Shown here: positions 30,814 to 39,466 of the stretch, one piece after another
How the letters are laid out: each line of letters opens with the position of its first letter
How positions within the stretch are numbered: position 1 is the stretch's first letter
DNA from: Bacteroidota bacterium
GTDB lineage: Bacteria > Bacteroidota > Bacteroidia > Bacteroidales > ML635J-15
Direction of reading: 5' to 3'
NCBI GenBank assembly: GCA_051747965.1
Contig: JBNJGS010000003.1
Location: forward strand, 7,125 to 71,124
Length of the DNA stretch: 64,000 nt
Position numbers and translations under genes: made by a program
Notes under the pieces: generated by a model
Databases searched by the model: none
What the model was told of the DNA's origin: nothing
The model's input: the letters and a program-made list of their open reading frames with translations, nothing else

Positions 30814-31377
30814 TTAGTTTTTATTATAAAAATTCATTGTACGCTCAACCCCCAACACTGTAAAAGCCTTTATTGCATCAATATAGGTATCCATATTTTG
30901 GTTCAGGATTGCTTTTTCTTTTTCGGTCATATTTCCCAGCACATAGTCAACCTGTCTTCCGCGCGGAAAATCATTGCCTACGCCAAGCCGCATGCGTGGA
31001 AAGTGGTTTGTACCCAGGGTATCAATAATGTTGCTAAGTCCGTTGTGACCGGCATCCCCACCTTTGGTCCTGATTCTGAGTCTGCCAAAATCCAGAGCAA
31101 TATCATCAAGTACAACCAACAAGCGGTCTGTATCAAGTTTTTCTTTGTTGAGCCAGTATCTTACAGCATTACCGCTGAGATTCATAAAGGTTGCAGGCTT
31201 AATAAGCACAAGCGTCCGGCCTTTGTGTTTTACTTCTGTTCTGAATCCGTAACGTTTGTCCACAAAAACAGCATTGGATGCCTTTGCAAGGGCATCCAAT
31301 ACCATAAAACCAATATTATGTCTTGTGTTTTCATAATCCGGACCGGGGTTTCCGAGTCCAACGATAAGATATTTCAC
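30814..31377 (-). CDS. pth: Peptidyl-tRNA hydrolase
   Basis: KYLIVGLGNPG, TRHNIGF, KPATFMNLSG, GHNGL; likely GTG start at 31377. Confidence 0.97.
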   Translation of the reverse strand: MKYLIVGLGNPGPDYENTRHNIGFMVLDALAKASNAVFVDKRYGFRTEVKHKGRTLVLIKPATFMNLSGNAVRYWLNKEKLDTDRLLVVLDDIALDFGRLRIRTKGGDAGHNGLSNIIDTLGTNHFPRMRLGVGNDFPRGRQVDYVLGNMTEKEKAILNQNMDTYIDAIKAFTVLGVERTMNFYNKN

Positions 31378-31393
31378 GACATAAGATTTTTTA

Positions 31394-32068
31394 TTATTCT
31401 GATTTCTCTTCAGCAGCTTCATTTTCAGCTCCTTCTTCACCTTCAGCAGCTTCGCCTTCAACTCCTTCTTCTTCCTCTTCTTCACCTTCGGCAGCTTCAG
31501 CAGCTTCAGCTTCAAGTTCAGCGATACCACGAACAGCTACGATACCTACAACAGATACAGAATCTTTTTCCAGGATTTCAGCATTTTTAAATTCAAGGTC
31601 GGCCACTTTCACACTGTCACCAATATCAAGCGGAGTTACATCAATCAAAATTTCCTCGGGCATATCCTTTGGCAGGGCACGCAATTTGAGGTAACGGTAG
31701 TCCTGCTTTCTCACACCACCTTTTTTCACACCTTCTGAGAGACCTTCAATATGAACGGGAATCAACATATCAAGCAATTCACCTTCTTTGATTTCATAGA
31801 AATCAATGTGCATGACAACATCAGTCACCGGATGGAACTGATAATCCTGCATGATGGCCTGATAGGTTTTGTCACCAACTTCGAGGTTTACATAATACAC
31901 ATTGGGTGTATAGAGTAAGTGCCTGAAAGAATTGACCGGAGCATGGAAATGTACAATTTCTTCGCCTCCGTAGAGCACACAGGGTACTTCACCATCTTTT
32001 CTCAATTTTCTGGTTGCAGATTTGCCCAGTGCTTTTCTTTCTTGTGTTTTGATTGTAATTGTTTTCAT
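31394..32068 (-). CDS. rplY: 50S ribosomal protein bL25 / Ctc, long form with acidic tail
   Basis: GKSATRKLR, VPCVLYG, QFHPV..HIDF, GVKKGG; prs-rplY-pth synteny. Confidence 0.96.
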   Translation of the reverse strand: MKTITIKTQERKALGKSATRKLRKDGEVPCVLYGGEEIVHFHAPVNSFRHLLYTPNVYYVNLEVGDKTYQAIMQDYQFHPVTDVVMHIDFYEIKEGELLDMLIPVHIEGLSEGVKKGGVRKQDYRYLKLRALPKDMPEEILIDVTPLDIGDSVKVADLEFKNAEILEKDSVSVVGIVAVRGIAELEAEAAEAAEGEEEEEEGVEGEAAEGEEGAENEAAEEKSE

Positions 32069-32082
32069 AATTCGTTGTTTGA

Positions 32083-32114
32083 GTGCTACTTGGATTATCT
32101 CATCCCCATCACAC
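32083..32114 (-). ncRNA. Candidate bL25 leader hairpin mimicking 5S rRNA loop E
   Basis: mRNA sense GUGU-GAUGG-GGAU-gagaua-AUCC-AAGUA-GCAC, lying between the promoter and the rplY ATG. Confidence 0.5.
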
Positions 32115-32136
32115 GGTTAACAAAATTTTCGGGCTG

Positions 32137-32144
32137 CAAATATA
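32137..32144 (-). promoter_or_regulatory. Bacteroidota -7 element (TATATTTG) for rplY
   Basis: TAnnTTTG defining a ~60-nt 5' UTR. Confidence 0.65.
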
Positions 32145-32180
32145 GGAAACTTCCCTGAAAATAAAAGCTTAGTGCAGCAA

Positions 32181-33128
32181 TTATTTTGTCTTTTTCATAA
32201 ATACAGAGCTGATAGACTGATGTGTATATACTTTGCGGATAACATCAGCAAACAAATTGGCAATTGGCAAGACAGTAATTTTGTCTGATTGTTGTTTCAG
32301 CGGGATTGAATCGGTAACCACCACCTCGCGGAGTTCCGAATTTTCAATTCTGTCATAAGCCGGTCCGGACAATACAGCATGAGTGGCGATGGCCCGTACG
32401 GATCTGGCACCTTTGTCCAGCATCATGCTGGCTGCCTGAGTCACTGTTCCGGCAGTATCAATCATATCATCAACAATAATGACATTTTTATCTTTCACTT
32501 CACCAATGATGCGCAGCTCAGAAACCTGATTGGCTTTTTCTCTTGCTTTGTGACAAATCACCATGGGGCAGTCCAGGAATTTTGAATAGGCATTGGCACG
32601 TTTGGTACCACCCATATCCGGTGATGCAATAACAATATCATCAAGCTTCATTTCTTCAATAAAATCCACAAATAATGCAGAGGCATAAACGTGATCAACG
32701 GGAACATTAAAGAATCCCTGAATCTGGTCAGCATGCAGGTCCATGGTCAGCACCCTGTCAATGCCGGAAGCTGCAAGCAGGTCTGCCACAAGCTTTGCGC
32801 CGATTGACACCCTTGGTTTATCCTTTCTGTCCTGGCGTGCAAAGCCAAAGTAAGGAATGACGACATTCACCTTGTAAGCAGAAGCTCTACGGGCAGCGTC
32901 GACCATTAGAAGCAATTCAAACAAATTTGATACCGGCGGAAAGGTTGACTGAATGATAAACACCTGATGGCCTCTGACTGTTTCATCAAGGCTGGGCAGG
33001 AATTCGCCATCACTGAAAGTAAGCAGAGTGGACTTACCGAGTTCAGCACCGTAAGCTGAAACAATTTCTTCAGCAATTCCGCGCGAAGCCTGACCGGAAA
33101 AGAATTTAATAGGAGAGTCTATAGACAT
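32181..33128 (-). CDS. prs: Ribose-phosphate pyrophosphokinase
   Basis: FSDGE, PYFGFARQDR, DLHADQIQGFF, SPDMGG, VDDMIDTAGT. Confidence 0.98.
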   Translation of the reverse strand: MSIDSPIKFFSGQASRGIAEEIVSAYGAELGKSTLLTFSDGEFLPSLDETVRGHQVFIIQSTFPPVSNLFELLLMVDAARRASAYKVNVVIPYFGFARQDRKDKPRVSIGAKLVADLLAASGIDRVLTMDLHADQIQGFFNVPVDHVYASALFVDFIEEMKLDDIVIASPDMGGTKRANAYSKFLDCPMVICHKAREKANQVSELRIIGEVKDKNVIIVDDMIDTAGTVTQAASMMLDKGARSVRAIATHAVLSGPAYDRIENSELREVVVTDSIPLKQQSDKITVLPIANLFADVIRKVYTHQSISSVFMKKTK

Positions 33129-33153
33129 GACGATTGTTTTGTTTTGTTCGTTG

Positions 33154-33161
33154 CAAAATTA
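33154..33161 (-). promoter_or_regulatory. Bacteroidota -7 element (TAATTTTG) for prs
   Basis: TAnnTTTG 25 nt upstream of the ATG. Confidence 0.6.
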
Positions 33162-33190
33162 GAATTTCATTTCGCATGACAGAAATATAT

Positions 33191-33814
33191 TTATAAAAAC
33201 TTGTTGACAGGTATTTCATTGTTCAGCCGATGAATTTCGCTCAGTACCTGCCGGCACCCTGCTTTCGTCTTAGCAGAGGTGACAAAATGGGCAGGCAATG
33301 CTTCCCAACTGTCTTTCAACACATCAAACATATTGTCCTTCAACTTGCCTTGTTGGGTTGATGACAACTTATCTGTCTTTGTAAATACCAAATAAAACGG
33401 CACCTGCATCTCCCCAAGCCGGTTAATGAACTCAATATCCGCTTTTTGGGGCGGGATGCGGGAATCTATCAAAACAAACATAGCCACCAGGTTGGGCCGC
33501 TCTGACAGATAATCTGATATTATTTTGTCAAACAATTTTCTTTCTGATTTGGAGCGTTTGGCATAACCATAACCAGGCAAATCCACCAAATACCATGCAT
33601 TGTTCACAACAAAATGATTAATCAGCCGGGTTTTTCCGGGTGTGGAGGAGATTTTTGCGATATTCCTGCGATTTGACAAAGCATTGATTAAAGATGATTT
33701 TCCCACATTAGACCTCCCGATAAAGGCATATTCATGCCGGTCAGGTGCAGGACACTGCTCAATTTTCTCACTGCTTTTGACAAATTCAATTTGCTTTATT
33801 TTATCCTTACTCAT
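33191..33814 (-). CDS. yihA: Ribosome biogenesis GTPase YihA/YsxC (EngB)
   Basis: GRSNVGKSS, TPGKT, DLPGYGYA, TKTDK; start refined to 33814. Confidence 0.96.
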   Translation of the reverse strand: MSKDKIKQIEFVKSSEKIEQCPAPDRHEYAFIGRSNVGKSSLINALSNRRNIAKISSTPGKTRLINHFVVNNAWYLVDLPGYGYAKRSKSERKLFDKIISDYLSERPNLVAMFVLIDSRIPPQKADIEFINRLGEMQVPFYLVFTKTDKLSSTQQGKLKDNMFDVLKDSWEALPAHFVTSAKTKAGCRQVLSEIHRLNNEIPVNKFL

Positions 33815-34580
33815 TGATATAGACTGTATTAAAAGATAGTTTTCCGTCCTGATAGTGATAAATTCTGTATGAGGCCTGTCTCCCCCAAAATCCTGCCACA
33901 GAGGAAGCAACATACACCGGCACAGAGTCCAGCCAGTGAAACTCGTTGCGGTGAAAATGGCCGCATATCACAGCCTCAACACCATATTGATTCAGAATAT
34001 CCGACCACCACACGCGTTCGGATTCCGGCCAGCTTTCATGCGTGGCATTGTTGTAAAAATCAATCACTGATGGCTGATGATGACAAACAATCACCGGTCT
34101 GTGGCTGTACATTTCCATGCTGTATTCAAACCATGTTTTCTGCTGCTGGTAATCAGGCAGGCTTGTATCTGCATGCGGGATTGAATAATACATAAGAAAA
34201 ACAACAGAATCCACGGAAAACACATGATTCAGCCCGCCAACATAATCCTGATAAAAAGCCTGGTGCTCATCATATCGTTCAGGCAACAAATCGTGATTTC
34301 CGGGCAGAAATTTTACCGGATCATGAAACGCATCTCTGAATTCCCGGAAACTTTGACGGGCCTGCGGTTCATGGATGTTGTCCTGAAAAACATCGCCCGT
34401 TACAATGACAGCACGCAAGTCAAAAGGCAGGTTATTTACGGATTCTGCCACTTTCATACTGATCTCATCATGGTTTTTGTAACCCAGATGGGTATCGCTG
34501 ATTTGCACAAAGTAAAAATCCTGTGTCCGGGCTCCAAAGGCCAGAATCATCAATATGCCAGCCAAAAATAATGTTTTCAT
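33807..34580 (-). CDS. Exported calcineurin-like metallophosphoesterase (CpdA/Icc-like)
   Basis: Signal peptide; SDTH, TGD, GNHD, HHQP and GHFH metal-binding motifs. Confidence 0.9.
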   Translation of the reverse strand: MKTLFLAGILMILAFGARTQDFYFVQISDTHLGYKNHDEISMKVAESVNNLPFDLRAVIVTGDVFQDNIHEPQARQSFREFRDAFHDPVKFLPGNHDLLPERYDEHQAFYQDYVGGLNHVFSVDSVVFLMYYSIPHADTSLPDYQQQKTWFEYSMEMYSHRPVIVCHHQPSVIDFYNNATHESWPESERVWWSDILNQYGVEAVICGHFHRNEFHWLDSVPVYVASSVAGFWGRQASYRIYHYQDGKLSFNTVYINE

Positions 34581-35920
34581 TGGATATCATTTATCATGTA
34601 AACAAGTTGATTCATGTTGAGGGGTTTGCCTATGATGGTTTTATCTTCATCAATCAGGAGCATGGTTGGTGTTGCATAAAGATGGAAAGTTTCAGCAAGC
34701 TCACTGTCCCATCCCTGAAAATCAGACCAGACAGGCCAGGGCAAACCGGCATTTTTCAGATAGGACTTAAGTGCTGATGCATTTGTATCAAGAGAGAAAC
34801 TTATCACATCAATATTTTTTTCACTGAGCCGTGGATAAATCTCTTTTAATGCCTGATTCATTTGTTTACAATGCCCACACCATGTTGCCCAGAAGACCAG
34901 AAGGGTTTTATCATGCACATGTTCGTAAAACTGCACCGGCTCTCCGTCAGTATCTGTAGTAATAAAATCAGGAACCTCTGCCCCGTTGTGATATTCTGAA
35001 TAAAAAGACAATCTGTTTTCAAGTTTTCCCTGCGTTTTATTACAGTTATCTGCATAATTATTGACAAGATACATGATCAGATTTTCCATTTCATACTGTT
35101 CGAACCCCTCCATCAGGTATATCATGGCATAATCATACACGGGATTTTTGGCCGGGATGAAGGCAAAAATACTATCTATAGCCTGTTTCAGAGCCTGGCT
35201 TTGTCTCACTTTTCCGGCATCAGGCTTACTGTACAATGACAGGTAGTCGATAAGTTTTCTTGCGTAAGCATCAGAATTGAGCAAGAGACTGTCTTCCCAG
35301 TTTTTTTCAGCCACGGTTTTTATGTTAATTTCCCTGGAATCATTCAGATAAGCCTCCCTGGGATTTTCATAAAGAAACCTCAGATACCTGGTTACAAAAG
35401 CCTCCGGCATCTTTTCTTCCAGCTCATCTATCAAGCCCTGTTCCTCTTTATAGATATCAATAAGGGCTTTTTCACTCAGGGAAATAAGCCGGTCGGTTTC
35501 CGGATAGTCTCTGACAAAATCCTGCAGTGCAATTTTTTTGCTTTGATTCTCATCCAGCATTTGATAAAACCTGTACAGTTTTTTATTTTGACCGGATTCC
35601 AGGATTTCAAGTGTTTCAACGGGTGCATCGGCTATGGTTCTGAATTTCACATTTTCGCAGCCAAGAATAAACTCAAGCCATTCATTATCATTCAGGTACA
35701 GGCGATAAAGTCCTTTTGGCTTTGCCGTATCCATATGATACAGGAAACGGTTATCCTCATCGGCATAAATAGTATCCACCACCCTGACATTGTCACCAAA
35801 ATGCTCACACAATAAAAACTGCTGCGTTCCGGCATGAATGATTTCTCCTTCAAATTTTGTCTGGGCTGAGGCCGTGAACAAAACCAGACCCAACACAAAT
35901 GTCAATACAAATTTCATCAT
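34577..35920 (-). CDS. TlpA/redoxin family thiol-disulfide oxidoreductase with N-terminal extension
   Basis: Signal peptide; PDF..TD.DG, FWATWCGHC, SLD, YATPTMLLID; start likely 35920. Confidence 0.9.
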   Translation of the reverse strand: MMKFVLTFVLGLVLFTASAQTKFEGEIIHAGTQQFLLCEHFGDNVRVVDTIYADEDNRFLYHMDTAKPKGLYRLYLNDNEWLEFILGCENVKFRTIADAPVETLEILESGQNKKLYRFYQMLDENQSKKIALQDFVRDYPETDRLISLSEKALIDIYKEEQGLIDELEEKMPEAFVTRYLRFLYENPREAYLNDSREINIKTVAEKNWEDSLLLNSDAYARKLIDYLSLYSKPDAGKVRQSQALKQAIDSIFAFIPAKNPVYDYAMIYLMEGFEQYEMENLIMYLVNNYADNCNKTQGKLENRLSFYSEYHNGAEVPDFITTDTDGEPVQFYEHVHDKTLLVFWATWCGHCKQMNQALKEIYPRLSEKNIDVISFSLDTNASALKSYLKNAGLPWPVWSDFQGWDSELAETFHLYATPTMLLIDEDKTIIGKPLNMNQLVYMINDIQ

Positions 35921-35988
35921 ATCATTATAAACATTTGGTCTTTTCGCCTGTGGCATGGCGTTTACCTCTGATTGTTCTTTTTTTGTCA

Positions 35989-38430
35989 TCAATTTCGTTT
36001 ACATGCTCCGCAGTATATTTCCTTCACCTTATCATTCACAAACACCTGCGTAGGAAATGAATTTTCGCCTTTAAACATTGAACAGAATCGTTCAGGGTCC
36101 ATATCTCTTGCCCTTGCCAGTGCCATTACAAAACGATGTGAATGCAGTTTGTGCTCCACTTTTGAGCACAGGCTAATGTATGTAAAGAGCAACTCCGGAA
36201 ACACTTTTTCGTGATCCACATAGGGGTCAAGCAAATCATACGCATAATGATAATCACCATGATTGAGGTAAACGGATGCCAGCTTGAGAGAATTTTGCCA
36301 GTTCACCTCATCAAAATTAATGATATCCTTAATGGTTTCAAGACTTTTTTCCACCACGGGATGATCTCCTCCAAGCGAATCCTGAAAAACATCCATCAGT
36401 TTGTACTGTAATTCAATATTCAATAAATCAACTTGTTTTTTGGGCAATTCATAATTATAGAGGTAATCAATTTCGTCCTGCAGTTCATCCCTGACATACT
36501 GGTCGGTAACATCATTGAGAAGCACTCCTGTGTAAAGCCTGTTGTAATACGTATACGGATTGTCTTCATCAAGTTCCCAGAGTTGATTGATCTCGGCCTG
36601 ATATGCAGAATCAATCATATCGTCATAGACCATCTTTTCCATACAAATTTTGTTCATATTCAGGCCGATATAGTCCTCTCCTTCAGGGATTTTCATTTTC
36701 TCAACCGCCTTTTTGCCATAATTCCCGTCGGCTACCTCTTCATACATGTATTTTTGGATGGACAATGCTTTGGCAGGATTGTCGGCCTCAATGGCTTTGT
36801 TAAACTGGTCAACCACATAGTTTTCTTCTTTATCGCCGGATATATCATAAGTTATCCAGACAGTAACATCAGCATACCGGTGATTTTCAAGAATTGGCTC
36901 CAGCTTTTTGGCAAGTCCTTCGGACCGTATGTATTGTATGGCTTCAGACATGGACATACCGGCCATTTTTTCCCACTCTGTATCTTTAACATCCCTTTTA
37001 AAGTCTTCCCAGTTGGGTGCGGTTGTCACTGAATCGATGATGCTTGCATTCTGATTTTCACGCAAGGCGGATACAATGCTTTCAGCCCTTCTTTCCTGCA
37101 GTGTCTGATTGGCTTCAACACTACCTTCAAGGGATGAAAATGCAGCTACATGGACTTTATTGATGATGAAATCAGGCTCGTTCAATGTATTGATGACTGG
37201 TTGAATGTCCTCAATTTTGTAGGTATATTTATTTCTCTCAAAAGGAATTCTGAATTCCAGTTTATTTGTTGTTGCAGCAGGTTCATATGCCGGCACATCT
37301 TTTGGAACAATGGTGTCCGGCAGGAGACTGATTTTCTGACTGTATTCATAGCCGGCATCATATGCAAAAGAGGGGGGCAGGTTATAACACACATGTTTAT
37401 CCTGGAGTATCATCAGATTGAGTTCTACGTCTTCCGGATTGAGAGATTCCGGGAATTCTCCCAAAACAACTTCCAGTTTTGTGACTCGTTTGCGTTTACC
37501 TTCAGCGGGAGCCTGATTTTTTTTGTACATTTTTTTGCTGTACACGGGTTTGAGCATAATACCCCGGTTAACCAGGCTGTAATCCACAATGTTGGATTTT
37601 TCACAATCGTTGAACTGGGATTTTCTGACGATATCAACGGCAAGCCCGTCTTTTTTACCCCTGATGAGACGTTTAAATCTTCTGAGGTCATTGAATTTGA
37701 AAACAATTTGTCCATTTTCGTTGATGCTAAGCCCTTTTTGCAAATCAATGATATCGGGGAAATATCTGGTACAATTCCGGCAGGTTCTGTATTTGTAGCC
37801 TTCTATGCCCCATCTCCAAAAAGGGAACAACCCTCCGGTTGATATTTCAGGATCCATTTCGTCAATGCGGTATGCTCCTGCATTGCGTGTCATGTAGTTA
37901 CCCAGCATAAATGACACATAGACTTTCTTTCCTCTTTCTCCCATAGAGCTGCCAACCCCGGCAAGAAAATATTGCTGTCTTCTTAACAGGCGCATGGTTC
38001 TGGTGCTTGACGACCAATTCATTACAATGCCACGGGCTATTTCCCTGTAGGTGTAGAATGAGTCAGTAGTTCTGATATTGTATCGCATAACAATCTCATC
38101 TCCAATACCCGAGCCGCCATGGAATTTCAATCTTGACTCCACATCTTCACTTTCACCAATGTTGGTATTGGCACGACCTTCTTCGCCCATTTCAGCAGCA
38201 TGATGTCGGGCAATTTTGGTCAAAAACGGACTGGTTTCAAAGCCTTCCAGGTCGATGGAATCCATCAGCATATTCATTTCCTGAAAAACAACTTCAGAAA
38301 GCAAGGCAAAATCAAATTGATCCGGGTTTACTTTTTCATCGGAATTTTGGAATTCACCGATTATTTTTTCCTGAGCAATGCCTGTGAAAGCAAACATTAC
38401 AGCAAAGATTAAAACATACAATCTCCTCAT
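35989..38430 (-). CDS. Exported multidomain protein: CAP/SCP-like + OmpA-like + helical C-terminus
   Basis: CAP-like ARHHAAEM..IARGIVMNWSSS..AGVG; OmpA-like IPFERN..AFSSLEGSVEANQTLQERRAESI; CxxC motifs CRNC and CGAC. Confidence 0.65.
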   Translation of the reverse strand: MRRLYVLIFAVMFAFTGIAQEKIIGEFQNSDEKVNPDQFDFALLSEVVFQEMNMLMDSIDLEGFETSPFLTKIARHHAAEMGEEGRANTNIGESEDVESRLKFHGGSGIGDEIVMRYNIRTTDSFYTYREIARGIVMNWSSSTRTMRLLRRQQYFLAGVGSSMGERGKKVYVSFMLGNYMTRNAGAYRIDEMDPEISTGGLFPFWRWGIEGYKYRTCRNCTRYFPDIIDLQKGLSINENGQIVFKFNDLRRFKRLIRGKKDGLAVDIVRKSQFNDCEKSNIVDYSLVNRGIMLKPVYSKKMYKKNQAPAEGKRKRVTKLEVVLGEFPESLNPEDVELNLMILQDKHVCYNLPPSFAYDAGYEYSQKISLLPDTIVPKDVPAYEPAATTNKLEFRIPFERNKYTYKIEDIQPVINTLNEPDFIINKVHVAAFSSLEGSVEANQTLQERRAESIVSALRENQNASIIDSVTTAPNWEDFKRDVKDTEWEKMAGMSMSEAIQYIRSEGLAKKLEPILENHRYADVTVWITYDISGDKEENYVVDQFNKAIEADNPAKALSIQKYMYEEVADGNYGKKAVEKMKIPEGEDYIGLNMNKICMEKMVYDDMIDSAYQAEINQLWELDEDNPYTYYNRLYTGVLLNDVTDQYVRDELQDEIDYLYNYELPKKQVDLLNIELQYKLMDVFQDSLGGDHPVVEKSLETIKDIINFDEVNWQNSLKLASVYLNHGDYHYAYDLLDPYVDHEKVFPELLFTYISLCSKVEHKLHSHRFVMALARARDMDPERFCSMFKGENSFPTQVFVNDKVKEIYCGACKRN

Positions 38431-38504
38431 GGTCCAATAGCTTAAGATGGTTAAAAAAAGAACCCTCTAATGTAATAATTTTTTTCAGTTACTAAAACCC
38501 TTTG

Positions 38505-38512
38505 TACCTTTG
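38505..38512 (+). promoter_or_regulatory. Bacteroidota -7 element (TACCTTTG)
   Basis: TAnnTTTG 24 nt upstream of ATG 38537. Confidence 0.6.
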
Positions 38513-38536
38513 ATTTCAGAAAACACGATTCTTTCT

Positions 38537-38914
38537 ATGGAAAAGGCAGTCAGAATAGATAAGTTTTTATGGTCTGTACGCTTGTTTAAAACACGCAGCA
38601 AAGCCACCGAGGCATGCAAAAAGAAGCAGGTATTGCTGAATGATGAGCCTGTAAAGCCATCTGTCAAAATTACCGCCGGCAACAATATTGAAATCAAAAG
38701 ACCGCCAATCATCCGTAGTTATTTTATTAAACATATTCTTGATTCACGTGTTTCAGCAAAGCTTGTTCCTGACTATCTGGAAGAAACCACACCCGAATCT
38801 GAGTTTGACAAGCTCCGAAAAGCCAGGGAAACCGGAATAGTGCGTGCTCAGGGAAAAGGGCGACCGACAAAAAAAGAAAGAAGACAATTAGATAATCTCA
38901 ATCCATACAAATGA
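38537..38914 (+). CDS. hslR: Ribosome-associated heat shock protein Hsp15 (S4 domain)
   Basis: RIDKFLWSVRLFKTRSKA and GRPTKKERR motifs. Confidence 0.92.
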   Translation: MEKAVRIDKFLWSVRLFKTRSKATEACKKKQVLLNDEPVKPSVKITAGNNIEIKRPPIIRSYFIKHILDSRVSAKLVPDYLEETTPESEFDKLRKARETGIVRAQGKGRPTKKERRQLDNLNPYK

Positions 38915-39459
38915 TAATAGCGAAACAAAAAAAACAGGAGAATATTGCCGAATATGTCCTTTATATGTGGCAGATAGAAGATTTGCTCAGGGCACTGAAG
39001 TTTGACGAGAAGCTGATTGAGGAGCAACTTGTTGAACAGTATAATGTTCCGGAAAACGAAAAAACGGAGATCAGAAACTGGTATAAGGGTCTTGTCTGGC
39101 AGATGACCGATGAGGATATCCGGGATAAAGGCCATTTACAGTTTGTCAACAACCAGGTAAATGATTTGAATGAGCATCATCTATACCTGATGCAGGCAGA
39201 GGATGAAGAAACATATCATCAGGTATTTGAAATGGCCCGGCCAAACCTGGTAGCATTCAGGGAAAAAGCCAAAGACACGGAATCAAATGACGTTCAACTT
39301 GCTTTTAATGCCTTGTATTCTCTGTTGGTTCTCCGGCTGCAGGCTAAAAAAATCAACAAAGAAACCGAGCAGGCCATGACGAGCTTTAGCAATTTCCTGG
39401 GTCTGCTGTCACAGAAATACAAAGATTTTCACAGCGGGGAGGAAGGTCTCAAAGCGTGA
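38911..39459 (+). CDS. DUF4924-like Bacteroidota protein
   Basis: N-terminal ENIAEYVLYMWQIEDLLRA and GHLQ motifs recalled from this family. Confidence 0.8.
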   Translation: MIIAKQKKQENIAEYVLYMWQIEDLLRALKFDEKLIEEQLVEQYNVPENEKTEIRNWYKGLVWQMTDEDIRDKGHLQFVNNQVNDLNEHHLYLMQAEDEETYHQVFEMARPNLVAFREKAKDTESNDVQLAFNALYSLLVLRLQAKKINKETEQAMTSFSNFLGLLSQKYKDFHSGEEGLKA

Positions 39460-39466
39460 AAAACCA

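Noticed and set aside
31378..31530. Lys/Leu-rich N-terminal extension of Pth in the ORF track, or an rplY-pth frameshift fusion
   Set aside because: It is an alternative frame of the low-complexity Glu/Ala tail of rplY; Pth homology begins at GTG 31377 and rplY has its own stop
30898..31590. 230-aa plus-strand ORF with Q/L repeats
   Set aside because: Antisense shadow of pth and the rplY acidic tail
37150..37842. Long antisense ORFs (this one, 15196-15849, 36433-37032, 10517-11068, 59721-60284)
   Set aside because: Essentially all antisense to well-supported genes, with no recognisable motifs; typical shadow ORFs
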